32,000 bases of DNA. Origin: Alphaproteobacteria bacterium (GTDB taxonomy: Bacteria; Pseudomonadota; Alphaproteobacteria; Rs-D84). Position numbers and translations under genes: made by a program. Shown here piece by piece: positions 1 through 10,477 of this stretch (positions within the stretch are counted from its first letter, which is position 1; each line of letters starts with the position of its first letter). The notes below the pieces were generated by a model. It worked only from the letters and a program-made list of their open reading frames with translations, was not told where the DNA came from and ran no database searches. The DNA lies in contig JAFVFD010000005.1 in NCBI GenBank assembly GCA_017475605.1, positions 300,001 to 332,000 of the forward strand. Direction: 5' to 3'.

Positions 1-301
1 TCGGGTATGTTCCCCACCAAATCGGCCCACCGACAAAGATTGTGTCATATTGCGAAAGATTGCCCGGCATTTCACTGACCGCCGGTCGTGCATTTGAATT
101 AAGTTCATCCTTGGCAACTTCGGTACATTTCATATAGTCCGCCGGGTATTCCGCCACCGATTTTACCTCAAACAAATCAGCACCCATAATTTCATGAATA
201 TACCCCGCCGCAATCGCGGTATTACCACATGGTAAATCAACAATCGAACCATTGGAATAATTTTGACCGGTGCGCGAAAAATATAAAACAATTGCTTTCA
301 T
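1..301 (-). CDS. Flavodoxin-family protein, N-terminal ~100 aa only (the rest of the gene lies beyond the window start)
   Basis: ATG at 301..299. The reverse-strand translation is MKAIVLYFSRTGQNYSNGSIVDLPCGNTAIAAGYIHEIMGADLFEVKSVAEYPADY...YDTIFVGGPIWWGTYP. It shows an N-terminal YFSxTGxx FMN-loop-like motif and the GxPIWW motif of short flavodoxin-like proteins. The frame is open to the window edge, so it is absent from the ORF track. Confidence 0.7.
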   Translation of the reverse strand, partial: MKAIVLYFSRTGQNYSNGSIVDLPCGNTAIAAGYIHEIMGADLFEVKSVAEYPADYMKCTEVAKDELNSNARPAVSEMPGNLSQYDTIFVGGPIWWGTYP

Positions 302-404
302 TTTCGTCCCATTTTATTAAAACTTCGATTGCTATTTTATACTTTAATTGACCCGCGGTCAACGAAAAAATTATATAAAATTAACGGTAGAAAATCATAA
401 AATC

Positions 405-665
405 TTAATTTTGATTATTTTTCCACCGCTTAAGTGTTGGAAAAACTGTTTCACAATGATGCCGAAATTCAGATTCGGTCATACCCGCCTGCTTATAAAA
501 CGGAACATTCATCTCGATATATTCACGCAAAGACACATCATCGACAAATTTACCGTCTTTATAGCAATAAATACAGTAATCATTATTCCGCGACCCGTCT
601 TTTTCTGTTCCCAAAAGCGAATTATCGGTTATCGGCATACTGCAACTTTGGCATATTTTCGGCAT
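405..665 (-). CDS. Small zinc-ribbon domain protein (CxxC...CxxC)
   Basis: 86-aa ORF MPKICQSCSMPI...DYCIYCYKDG carrying two CxxC pairs, typical of the putative zinc-ribbon family of small proteins. The overlapping + strand ORFs 348..710 and 434..829 are low-complexity shadows. Confidence 0.6.
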   Translation of the reverse strand: MPKICQSCSMPITDNSLLGTEKDGSRNNDYCIYCYKDGKFVDDVSLREYIEMNVPFYKQAGMTESEFRHHCETVFPTLKRWKNNQN

Positions 666-711
666 TTTACCCCCTTTTTATATATAAATTATACCATATT
701 TTCCCGGTAAA

Positions 712-741
712 AACACAAAAAAAGCCGGCAAATACCGGTAT
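712..741 (-). terminator. Weak hairpin plus U-run downstream of tRNA-Met
   Basis: The minus strand reads ACCGGTATTTGCCGGCTTTTTTTGTGTTTTT. The CCGG/CCGG stem is short and is followed by a T-run. The sequence is related to the stronger ACCGG-YATTTR-CCGG terminators at 7033 and 23729. Confidence 0.3.
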
Positions 742-807
742 TTTGTATTCGGTGGTTCTGCGTCCCTGTACCAAAAATAAAAATCGGCATAACACCGATT
801 TAATTTT

Positions 808-884
808 TGGTAGCGGGAGAGGGACTTGAACCCCCGACACGCGGATTATGATTCCGCTGCTCTAACCAGCTGAGCTATCCCGCC
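808..884 (-). tRNA. tRNA with CAU anticodon (elongator tRNA-Met, or tRNA-Ile2 if lysidine-modified)
   Basis: The reverse complement is GGCGGGATAGCTCAGCTGGTTAGAGCAGCGGAATCATAATCCGCGTGTCGGGGGTTCAAGTCCCTCTCCCGCTACCA. It folds as a 77-nt cloverleaf with a GCTC/GAGC D-stem, GCGGA/TCCGC anticodon stem, ATCATAA loop (CAT), GTTCAAG T-loop and encoded CCA. Positions 1 and 72 form a G-U pair rather than the C1xA72 mismatch of an initiator. Confidence 0.9.
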
Positions 885-894
885 AATGCACCGC

Positions 895-922
895 ATTATA
901 ACAAACATTTTTCACTTTGCAA
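895..922 (-). promoter_or_regulatory. Sigma70-like promoter for tRNA-Met
   Basis: On the minus strand: TTGCAA (922..917), 16-nt spacer, TATAAT (900..895). The tRNA 5' end lies 10 nt further downstream. Confidence 0.5.
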
Positions 923-980
923 GATATTTGAATAAAACCGCTTGCGTTAAATTATTAAAAAGTATAATATTTTTCGCGTC

Positions 981-1538
981 ATGAAAAAAATTACTACATT
1001 TTTAATCGCTTTGTCCTGCATTTCTGCGGCAAATGCTGAATTCAACCCTTTTATGGGCGAAGCAGAAAACCAAATTGCCTTCTATATTGGCCAGGGTGTA
1101 GATAACGGCTATATTGTCCCATTACCATACCACCCGGTTCCTTTTTATATTGCGCAATTTCAGTATTCACAACCAACAACCTTTTTCAAAATGCCTGCGC
1201 GTCAGTCATTAAATGTGGCGGAAACGTTGGGGTTGGGTAAAAAATATGGTTGGGATTGGACCGACTTTACAATTCCGCTTGTACTGGGTTCGGGTGATGT
1301 TGCGTTGTTTTACGGCGACAACTGGTACACAGGTGTCGGTGCCGGTGTCGGATTACAGGCCCAACAAAATGAACGTCTTGGGGCGAAACTGTTGTTCGAA
1401 TTCAAATTATTTTATGGGTACCGCATAAATGAAGAATGGGGTATTGAACTTTACGCACAACATTTTTCAAACGCAAATACAGCCGAAGAAAACCATTCAT
1501 ATGCGTTTTTTGGTATTGGTGTGAATCACAATTTTTAA
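981..1538 (+). CDS. Outer-membrane acyloxyacyl hydrolase / lipid A 3-O-deacylase (PagL)-like beta-barrel protein
   Basis: Signal peptide MKKITTFLIALSCISAANA, alternating beta-strand pattern and a C-terminal aromatic residue (..GVNHNF). The motif AQHFSNANTAEENHSYAFFGIGV matches the PagL-family H-x-S-N catalytic His/Ser region. Confidence 0.6.
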   Translation: MKKITTFLIALSCISAANAEFNPFMGEAENQIAFYIGQGVDNGYIVPLPYHPVPFYIAQFQYSQPTTFFKMPARQSLNVAETLGLGKKYGWDWTDFTIPLVLGSGDVALFYGDNWYTGVGAGVGLQAQQNERLGAKLLFEFKLFYGYRINEEWGIELYAQHFSNANTAEENHSYAFFGIGVNHNF

Positions 1539-1540
1539 TG

Positions 1541-2203
1541 CTACCAGTCAATTGGTTCCTTGCCATGTGCGACCAGATATTCATTTGCACGACTAAAATG
1601 ATGATTACCAAAGAATCCATTATACGCAGATAACGGTGATGGATGCGCACTTTTCAGTACAAGGTTTTTGTCCGCATCTACAAATTGTGCTTTTTTCTGG
1701 GCATATGATCCCCATAACATATAAACAATACCATCGTGTTTACTGCATTCGCGAATCACCGCATCTGTAAATTGTTCCCAGCCCCGCCCCGCATGTGATG
1801 CCGCCGCGTGCGCCCGCACAGTCAATGTCGCATTAAGCAGTAATACCCCCTGATGCGCCCAATATGTTAAATCGCCATTTGTTTTTGATGGCCGCCCCAA
1901 ATCAGATTCGATCTCTTTATAAATATTTTTTAACGATGGCGGTACCGGTGTTGGTGGCAGGACAGAAAAACAAAGCCCATGCGCCTGGCCTGGTTCATGG
2001 TATGGGTCCTGGCCTATTATTACAACACGCACATCGGAAAGTGGACACAGGTTAAATGCATTAAATATATTTTTAGGTTCGGGATAAATTGCGCGCCCAG
2101 ATTTATACTCCGCGCGTACAAAATCGGTCAATTTGATAAAATAATCTTTATCAAATTCGCTTGCCAGTGCACTTTTCCAAGATTGCTCTATTTTAACATC
2201 CAT
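1541..2203 (-). CDS. ung: Uracil-DNA glycosylase
   Basis: 220 aa carrying the family-1 UDG motifs VVIIGQDPYH (water-activating loop), GVLLLN and SAHPSPLSA (Leu intercalation loop). Confidence 0.95.
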   Translation of the reverse strand: MDVKIEQSWKSALASEFDKDYFIKLTDFVRAEYKSGRAIYPEPKNIFNAFNLCPLSDVRVVIIGQDPYHEPGQAHGLCFSVLPPTPVPPSLKNIYKEIESDLGRPSKTNGDLTYWAHQGVLLLNATLTVRAHAAASHAGRGWEQFTDAVIRECSKHDGIVYMLWGSYAQKKAQFVDADKNLVLKSAHPSPLSAYNGFFGNHHFSRANEYLVAHGKEPIDW

Positions 2204-2249
2204 GACAAAACACTTTACAATAACATTCTATTTATATACCATTTTTATT

Positions 2250-3044
2250 ATGAATAAAAGTCCAAAAATTTCAGTTATTATACCTGCGTATAAAACGGCT
2301 AAATATATTCCAGCCTGTCTGGACAGTGTATTGGCGCAAACATTTACAGATATCGAAATCATCTGTATAAACGATGGTTCGCCTGATAACGCACTGGAAG
2401 TATTTAACGAATACGCCGCACGCGATTCACGCATTCGCGTAATGAATCAGGAAAACCAAGGAATTTGTTTTGCGAGAAACAATGCTATTGCCACCGCACG
2501 TGCCGATTATATATTCCCACTGGACAGCGATGATATGATTGCGCCTAATTGTTTGGAATATTTGTACAATATAATAACAAGTAAACCAAAATATTCTGTT
2601 GTTTGCCCAATGGGCATTCGCTTTGATGCGACACCGGGTATGTTATGGAAATTACCACCAATCAACTATTTTAATATGTACGGTGGTCGTAATGGTGTTC
2701 ATAATTCATCACTTTTTCCTAAAAAACTGTGGGAAAAATACGGTGGTTATTGTGTGGAATTAAACCGCCTTGGGGGTGAAGATTACGATTTTTGGTTGTG
2801 TTTCTTGGACGATAATAGAAAGATTTATCGCACAAAACTGCCGCTGTTCTTTTACAGAATAAAACCAACGGCGGAATCTCGCAATCGTTCCGGCACCAAG
2901 GAACGTGGTGAACAAATAAAGAAAATACGTATGGCGCGGCACCCACGAATTGTTTTTTATACGGGTTTACAATATATCCGCAACCCATTTCGTGGTATCC
3001 GTAAACTTGTCAGAACTGTTCGGAAAAAATTAAAGAACAAATAA
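2250..3044 (+). CDS. Family 2 glycosyltransferase
   Basis: Contains KISVIIPAYKTAKYIPACLDSVLAQTFTDIEIICINDGSPD...PLDSDDMIAP (GT2 DxD region). The start was placed at MNKSPKISVII (ATG 2250). The ORF track extends to ATG 2202, which would abut the ung start. Confidence 0.85.
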   Translation: MNKSPKISVIIPAYKTAKYIPACLDSVLAQTFTDIEIICINDGSPDNALEVFNEYAARDSRIRVMNQENQGICFARNNAIATARADYIFPLDSDDMIAPNCLEYLYNIITSKPKYSVVCPMGIRFDATPGMLWKLPPINYFNMYGGRNGVHNSSLFPKKLWEKYGGYCVELNRLGGEDYDFWLCFLDDNRKIYRTKLPLFFYRIKPTAESRNRSGTKERGEQIKKIRMARHPRIVFYTGLQYIRNPFRGIRKLVRTVRKKLKNK

Positions 3045-3045
3045 T

Positions 3046-3710
3046 TTAAATACTGGTTTGTATCAGCCCCAATTGAGAAGCCTTCCACAGCACTACATCT
3101 ATATACCCAATTGGCAAATCTGTTTCCTGTGATAAATGCGCAAACATTTCATCACACGCCGATTTAATTTTTGGATTCAATTTTCCATTATCAATATCAG
3201 AACTCTGAACCTTACACTTTGAACTTTGCATCGCATACGCGACCCCCAACCGTTGAATCCATATATCATATTTCACCACATTTTCACCAAGGTTTCGTGC
3301 CAAATGATTTGCGGTAATTTTTCCAATGTGCGGCAGGTGTGATAAAAACTTTAATTTTTCGTCCAACGCATCTATGCCGTAATATTCGGCGCACAGCGCG
3401 TTTTTGTTATTCCAAATCTGACATATCGCATTTATTTTATTCTTGTTATGAAACATTGAAAAAAGTGTATCAAAGTCTGCACCTTTTTCGCGCACCGAAT
3501 CCATAATTTGTTTATGAATTCGTTTTGCCGTCTTTTGTGAAAAGCCGCCCGCCAATATTACATATGCACACATATCTGCAAACGCATCCGGCGACAGTTT
3601 TTTTGGATGTGAAAGATTTTCGCGTATTTCATCAAAACTTTGGGCGTCGGAATCGGCGCCCATTTTACGTATTTGTTTTTCTAAGTCAAAAAACCATGCT
3701 TTATCAAACA

Positions 3711-3711
<1 letters not shown>
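3046..3711 (-). CDS. HhH-GPD superfamily (endonuclease III-like) DNA glycosylase-like protein, lacking an Fe-S cluster Cys motif
   Basis: LSHLPHIGKITANHLARNLGENVVKYDIWIQRLG parallels Nth LPGVGRKTANVVL...VDTHIFRV: a helix-hairpin-helix with the Lys and a downstream Asp. The start ATG overlaps the gyrB stop (TAATG at 3711). Confidence 0.5.
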
Positions 3712-6128
<2,417 letters not shown>

Positions 6129-6139
6129 TTAACGTGTAA

Positions 6140-6168
6140 AACATAGCAATTTATGGTATAATTTTCAA
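6140..6168 (-). promoter_or_regulatory. Candidate gyrB promoter
   Basis: On the minus strand: TTGAAA (6168..6163), 17 nt, TATGTT (6145..6140), followed by the RBS GAAAGGA before ATG 6110. Confidence 0.45.
6154..6162 (+). promoter_or_regulatory. Extended -10 element (TGGTATAAT) for the 6185-7025 cassette, back-to-back with the gyrB promoter
   Basis: TGGTATAAT at 6154..6162, about 22 nt upstream of ATG 6185, with an AAGGAAAAAGG RBS region at 6167-6177. No good -35 was seen. Confidence 0.4.
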
Positions 6169-6184
6169 GGAAAAAGGCATAAAA

Positions 6185-6451
6185 ATGGCAGAAAATATAA
6201 ACAAAAAATATACAAAAAACGACTTCTTGACCAAGGCTGATTTTGCCAAGAAATATGACATTAAACCGGTTTTTCTTAACCAGGCAATCGGTTTCCTTTA
6301 CAGACAACATATACACGCAAAAAATAATACTGGCACCCTTGTTCCTGTTATAATACGTCTAGATGCCCGTATTCATCCACTTTTTCATGATATTATCATT
6401 GAACAAGCCAAAAAATTCGAGAAATTATCACTTCAAAAACAAAAGGGATAA
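6185..6451 (+). CDS. Hypothetical small basic protein (possible DNA-binding protein), first gene of a two-gene cassette
   Basis: 88-aa ORF with an RBS. The segment LTKADFAKKYDIKPVFLNQAIG looks helix-turn-helix-like and the tail is Lys-rich. No family was recognised. It ends 4 nt before the next start. Confidence 0.5.
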   Translation: MAENINKKYTKNDFLTKADFAKKYDIKPVFLNQAIGFLYRQHIHAKNNTGTLVPVIIRLDARIHPLFHDIIIEQAKKFEKLSLQKQKG

Positions 6452-6455
6452 AAAG

Positions 6456-7025
6456 ATGAAATTTAAATTACTGTATTTTGGCGATATTTTAGTTAACCCT
6501 AAAAAACGCGCCCAGCATATATCCGATATTCGTATGCAGTTTCACCCACAATTGAAAAAATTGCTGGAACACAGCCCATGGAACAATTTAACCCAGTATA
6601 TGATACCAAATGCGACCAAAAGTCCAATCACAACGCGTCATATTGGTGGAATTGATTGGAACCCGATTATTACACCAAACCTTAAATTGTTGGCTGAATT
6701 AGAAATCCAGATGTTACACCCGGAAATTGTCGGTGTGTCGCGTTCTGATATTGACAATCGTATAAAGACCTTGTTTGATGGCCTGCGTTGTCCACAAAAC
6801 GAACACGAAATAGGCGAAAACACACCACGTGATATCGGGCCTATTTATACACTTTTAGATGACGACCACCTTATAACAAAAATATCTGTTAATACATCAC
6901 ACTTGTTGGATACAGATTTGTTTTCGTGTAATATTCCGAAAACCCCTGATTCTATATTCATGATGATTGATGTTAATGTTCGTGTCGCCGAAGGGACATT
7001 GGAAAACCTGCCATTTATGGTATAA
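6456..7025 (+). CDS. RusA-like (Holliday-junction-resolvase fold) endonuclease homolog with N-terminal extension and an internal insertion
   Basis: Starts at ATG 6456 after AAAGGGA; the 6363 start in the ORF track overlaps the upstream gene. The motif ELEIQMLHPEIVGVSRSDIDNRIKTLFDGL...LLDDDHLITKISV aligns with E. coli RusA [26 protein letters not shown]...WLDDAQVVDYRV. The catalytic Asp positions (DxD, DD) and the Lys are conserved. Confidence 0.5.
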   Translation: MKFKLLYFGDILVNPKKRAQHISDIRMQFHPQLKKLLEHSPWNNLTQYMIPNATKSPITTRHIGGIDWNPIITPNLKLLAELEIQMLHPEIVGVSRSDIDNRIKTLFDGLRCPQNEHEIGENTPRDIGPIYTLLDDDHLITKISVNTSHLLDTDLFSCNIPKTPDSIFMMIDVNVRVAEGTLENLPFMV

Positions 7026-7032
7026 AAAAATC

Positions 7033-7065
7033 AAAAAAACACCGGCATTTGCCGGTGTTTTTTTT
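7033..7065. terminator. Bidirectional rho-independent terminator between convergent genes
   Basis: Perfect palindrome A7-CACCGGC-ATTT-GCCGGTG-T8. It sits between the stop at 7025 (+) and the stop at 7064 (-). Confidence 0.8.
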
Positions 7066-8134
7066 AACTTAAAACCGCGGTAATTTGATCTTGCATCTGG
7101 AATGTCCCAAGTACCACCCACGCGATTATTGCCGATACCAGCATTATTCCAATACTGTTTAATACATTTGATATTGATTCCATTTTACGTACAGATTCAT
7201 CCAAATAATCATTCGCAATAGATATCATATTCTTGTCAAAATCTGTCATATCTGCATAAATCATCAAATCACCAATTATTTCCTTACTTGGAAAATCACG
7301 ACCTGTTTTGGACAGCGCAACCCCAAGGTTATCACCATTGGCAATATAATGTAATGCCATATCTAAAATACTGCGCAAATACCTGCGTGCGTTATCTGCC
7401 AACATACGCATGGCGTCCGGCATTGTTATACCGGCGGCAATCATAGAAGACAACGACATTAACCAACCAACCGACACATGTATTTTATATATATTCCATG
7501 GCGGCAATTTATCAAATTTTGCACGCAAACGACCAGACCAATTAGCCAATGATAACCACACAATAAATATCAGCACAATAAATAATAACGCAAATATATA
7601 CCAATATTTTACTGTGAAATTAGACATGGATATAAGGCCACCCGCCGCACCGCGCCATATAATATCGGACCCTGCAACTTCAACCAATGGTGGAACAAGG
7701 TATAACCCAACCATAACCACAATACCAAATGTTAACACCAACAAGAATAATGGATATGCGATTGCACTGCGCACTGCGCGACGAATACGCCCCGCACTTT
7801 CCACGACACGTGTTGTGTTTTCCAGTGCGATTACTAAATTAGAAATATTACCACTTGTTACCAAAAGTGTTTCTTCGTCCGGCAACCACCCACGCGTTGT
7901 TTCAGAAAAACTCATACCGCGTTCAAGGTTTTGTTGCCACGCACGCATAACAATTGCGAACGGCTCATTTGGGTTGCGACCATTATTAGATTCTATCATT
8001 TCAAGCCGCCCCAGCGCATTCATCAATGTAAAATCATTACGCAACAACGATGCCAATTTGCGTAACAAAGCAATACGTTTTTCTGTATTAAAACGAAATA
8101 CAAGTCGTGCATACCATTGGTTAAGGCGATTCAT
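7064..8134 (-). CDS. Type II secretion / type IV pilus platform protein (GspF/PilC family; PilR-like of type IVb pili)
   Basis: Polytopic membrane protein of about 356-368 aa with two repeated T2SSF-like halves, each a cytoplasmic helical domain followed by TM segments. The preferred start, MNRLNQWY at 8134, overlaps the ATPase stop (TGATG). The ORF track start is 8170. Confidence 0.85.
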   Translation of the reverse strand: MNRLNQWYARLVFRFNTEKRIALLRKLASLLRNDFTLMNALGRLEMIESNNGRNPNEPFAIVMRAWQQNLERGMSFSETTRGWLPDEETLLVTSGNISNLVIALENTTRVVESAGRIRRAVRSAIAYPLFLLVLTFGIVVMVGLYLVPPLVEVAGSDIIWRGAAGGLISMSNFTVKYWYIFALLFIVLIFIVWLSLANWSGRLRAKFDKLPPWNIYKIHVSVGWLMSLSSMIAAGITMPDAMRMLADNARRYLRSILDMALHYIANGDNLGVALSKTGRDFPSKEIIGDLMIYADMTDFDKNMISIANDYLDESVRKMESISNVLNSIGIMLVSAIIAWVVLGTFQMQDQITAVLS

Positions 8135-9783
8135 CAATACACCCCCGGACGATCTAATAATCCAACCCAACGTTCTAATTCATCAACCCCAATAATACCG
8201 GACAGCATCAATTCAGACGCAGATTCCTTTAATGTGCGGCCGTCCATTTCTTCCAACCAATACTTGACCGCATCATCGGTCTTGCCGGCCAATGCCAACG
8301 ACAAAAACTCACCATTTGTAACAATAACTTCACCCGCCTTGATACGACCGATTGTACCTGTTCCATGGCACATATCACACCCCGCCCCACGAATAAATAC
8401 CTGTTTTAAACCAACCTCGCCAAAGGCATCTATAACGCGTTTATATGCCGGGTGTTCCGGATGATCTATCAATCTTTCGCGACAATGTGGACAGACCTTT
8501 TTAAAAAGACGCATTGATATTAACCCCCGCATCAATGTTTCTTCTTTTAACTTGAATGGTTCAATTCCCATATCAAGCAATCGTGTCAATGCCGCCATTG
8601 CCGAATTAGCATGTAATGTCGTCCAAACATTATGACCCGACAATGCGCCACGCACTGTCAATTGTGCCGCCGCCAAAGTTCGTATTTCACCAACCATCAA
8701 TGTATCAGGGTCGCTTCGCAAAGCCGCCGCCAAAGCCTCGGTATATGCTTCATCGCGTTGCTCTTCATTCATGGCGTTTGTAACAGGCATCTGGTGCGCG
8801 CCAAAAATCTTTTGTTCAACAGGGTTTTCCACAGTAATCATATTAATTTCGTAATTATGTTCCTTTAACATCATGGACATATTACGAACAAGGGTCGTTG
8901 ATTTACCAGAACTTGTTGGACCGGCAACAATTACCAAACCTGTTGGAAACGACCGCATACGACGCAATAAATGTTGTTCATATGGACCAAATTCTTGTTC
9001 GGTTTTGATTCCTTCGTTTGGATTGTCGTACAACAGGCGCATTACGACATAGCGCGACCCAAATGCAATTGGGTTAAATTGCATACGAACACTTAAAATA
9101 CCCGCCGGCAAATATAAGTCTTTCGTTCCACGAAGTGGTGTACGACCATCTTTCTGGGCCGATTGGTATTCATTTTGCGCATAGTTCGCATTTGACATAT
9201 CCGCAGATGCAAATGCCGCACGAACAAAAGATTCACCCCACGCGGAATTATATTCCAATACAGGCTGCATACTGCCATCAATACGGAAATAAATTGTTGT
9301 TTGGTCGCCAACCTCTATATGAACATCTGATACCTTTTGTGCGGCGGCGCGTGCGATAATATCGACAAAATCTTTCTGCATTTGGTTATCATAATCGCGT
9401 GATGTACGCGACGATGCGCCACCACCAATACGCGCCTCGTATTCCTTGTAAATACCGGATACCAACCCTAAATCAGAATAAAATGGTGCGCGCACGACAT
9501 ATGATTTTCGTTTTAATAAATCAATAAATGCCAACACACGACCGTCATAGCGATGTGTTCGTGAAATAATAATTTCGCCGCCTGAAAAATACGCAACTAA
9601 ACTTTGCATATCTTTGGACAGCGCAATCGTCCCACCGGTTGCGGTCAATAACCTGTTACCGTTTGAAAACAAATATTCGATAATATCTTTGTTTTCAGCG
9701 TTTTCCAAACCGGCTGGAACCGATGGTTTTTGTTCCATTGATACTGTGTTATTATTCAAATCGCTATATTTTTCCATGTCCAT
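8134..9783 (-). CDS. GspE/PilB-family secretion ATPase (PilQ-like of type IVb pili)
   Basis: 549 aa. Contains Walker A GPTSSGKST, Walker B DPDTLMVGEIR, His box GHNVWTTLHAN and the tetracysteine CPHC...CDMCHGTG characteristic of T2SS/T4P assembly ATPases. Confidence 0.9.
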   Translation of the reverse strand: MDMEKYSDLNNNTVSMEQKPSVPAGLENAENKDIIEYLFSNGNRLLTATGGTIALSKDMQSLVAYFSGGEIIISRTHRYDGRVLAFIDLLKRKSYVVRAPFYSDLGLVSGIYKEYEARIGGGASSRTSRDYDNQMQKDFVDIIARAAAQKVSDVHIEVGDQTTIYFRIDGSMQPVLEYNSAWGESFVRAAFASADMSNANYAQNEYQSAQKDGRTPLRGTKDLYLPAGILSVRMQFNPIAFGSRYVVMRLLYDNPNEGIKTEQEFGPYEQHLLRRMRSFPTGLVIVAGPTSSGKSTTLVRNMSMMLKEHNYEINMITVENPVEQKIFGAHQMPVTNAMNEEQRDEAYTEALAAALRSDPDTLMVGEIRTLAAAQLTVRGALSGHNVWTTLHANSAMAALTRLLDMGIEPFKLKEETLMRGLISMRLFKKVCPHCRERLIDHPEHPAYKRVIDAFGEVGLKQVFIRGAGCDMCHGTGTIGRIKAGEVIVTNGEFLSLALAGKTDDAVKYWLEEMDGRTLKESASELMLSGIIGVDELERWVGLLDRPGVY

Positions 9784-9802
9784 AATAAATTATGCCAGTT
9801 TA

Positions 9803-10477
9803 TTATTTTGAATTTGTAACATTTAATGTTTGTGTCTTGCCGTCTTTGGTAAATATAACACCATCGTCCAGCGATATTGATTTAACCGTCCAGCCGTCCA
9901 ATGTGCGCCCAACCGAAACACGTTTATTTTGACCGGTTGTTAAATCTGCGACTGTTGCCTGTAATTGAGAACCCGCCCCAATAACATTGACCAATTTAAA
10001 CCGTTCACCAATTTTTGATTCTTGTTCTTCTTCGACAACTTTTTTATTAGTTGTTGCCTTGGTTGTCGTAGCGGTTTCGACCGCATTTTCCAAAGATTCT
10101 TTTTCGCGCGCCAAACGTGCCGCTTCGGCTTCTAATTTTGCCATTTCGGTTTCAAGTTCCTGCTGTTGTGCTTCGGCACGACCGGAAAGCGCATCAATTT
10201 CCATATGCAGTTTAATTTTTTCAGCCGCCAATCTGTCCAGGTCCAAATCTAATTGTGCGCGTTCTTTTTCCAATTGCATTAAAACCTTTTCTTGTTCCAA
10301 ATCTGTGATTTGTTGGAAAAGGCTGCCTTCGACCTGATATTCAGCAACCGATTCCGCCGACAATTCATCAAATTCAGAATCTGTGCCATCATCGGTCGCC
10401 ATCGCCGCAAACGATGACCCCACCAAGAAACATGTTGTAAGCGCAAAGAATGCGATTTTCTTTATTTTATTTAGCAT
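9803..10477 (-). CDS. Periplasmic PilP/GspC-HR-like protein with a long acidic coiled-coil linker
   Basis: Has a signal peptide (..VGSSFAAMA). About 110 aa are E/A/L/Q-rich heptad-like sequence (LEKERAQLDLDLDRLAAEKIKLHMEIDALSGRAEAQQQELETEMAKLEAEAARLAREKESLE). The C-terminal beta domain FKLVNVIGAGSQLQATVADLTTGQNKRVSVGRTLDGWTVKSISLDDGVIFTKDGKTQTL has the PilP/GspC HR pattern. Confidence 0.55.
   Translation of the reverse strand: MLNKIKKIAFFALTTCFLVGSSFAAMATDDGTDSEFDELSAESVAEYQVEGSLFQQITDLEQEKVLMQLEKERAQLDLDLDRLAAEKIKLHMEIDALSGRAEAQQQELETEMAKLEAEAARLAREKESLENAVETATTTKATTNKKVVEEEQESKIGERFKLVNVIGAGSQLQATVADLTTGQNKRVSVGRTLDGWTVKSISLDDGVIFTKDGKTQTLNVTNSK

Noticed and set aside
348-829. ORFs 348..710 and 434..829 on the + strand
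   Set aside because: They overlap the better-supported zinc-ribbon gene on the opposite strand. The second runs into the tRNA-Met gene. Neither contains any motif.
6363-6455. Upstream extension of the RusA-like ORF to ATG 6363
   Set aside because: It would overlap the 88-aa gene by 89 nt in another frame. ATG 6456 has an AAAGGGA Shine-Dalgarno-like sequence and starts a coherent MKFKLLYFGD N-terminus.
7410-8195. 261-aa + strand ORF opposite the platform-protein gene
   Set aside because: It is an antisense shadow of a GspF-family membrane protein gene. It is low-complexity and Asn/Ile/Pro-rich, with no start context.
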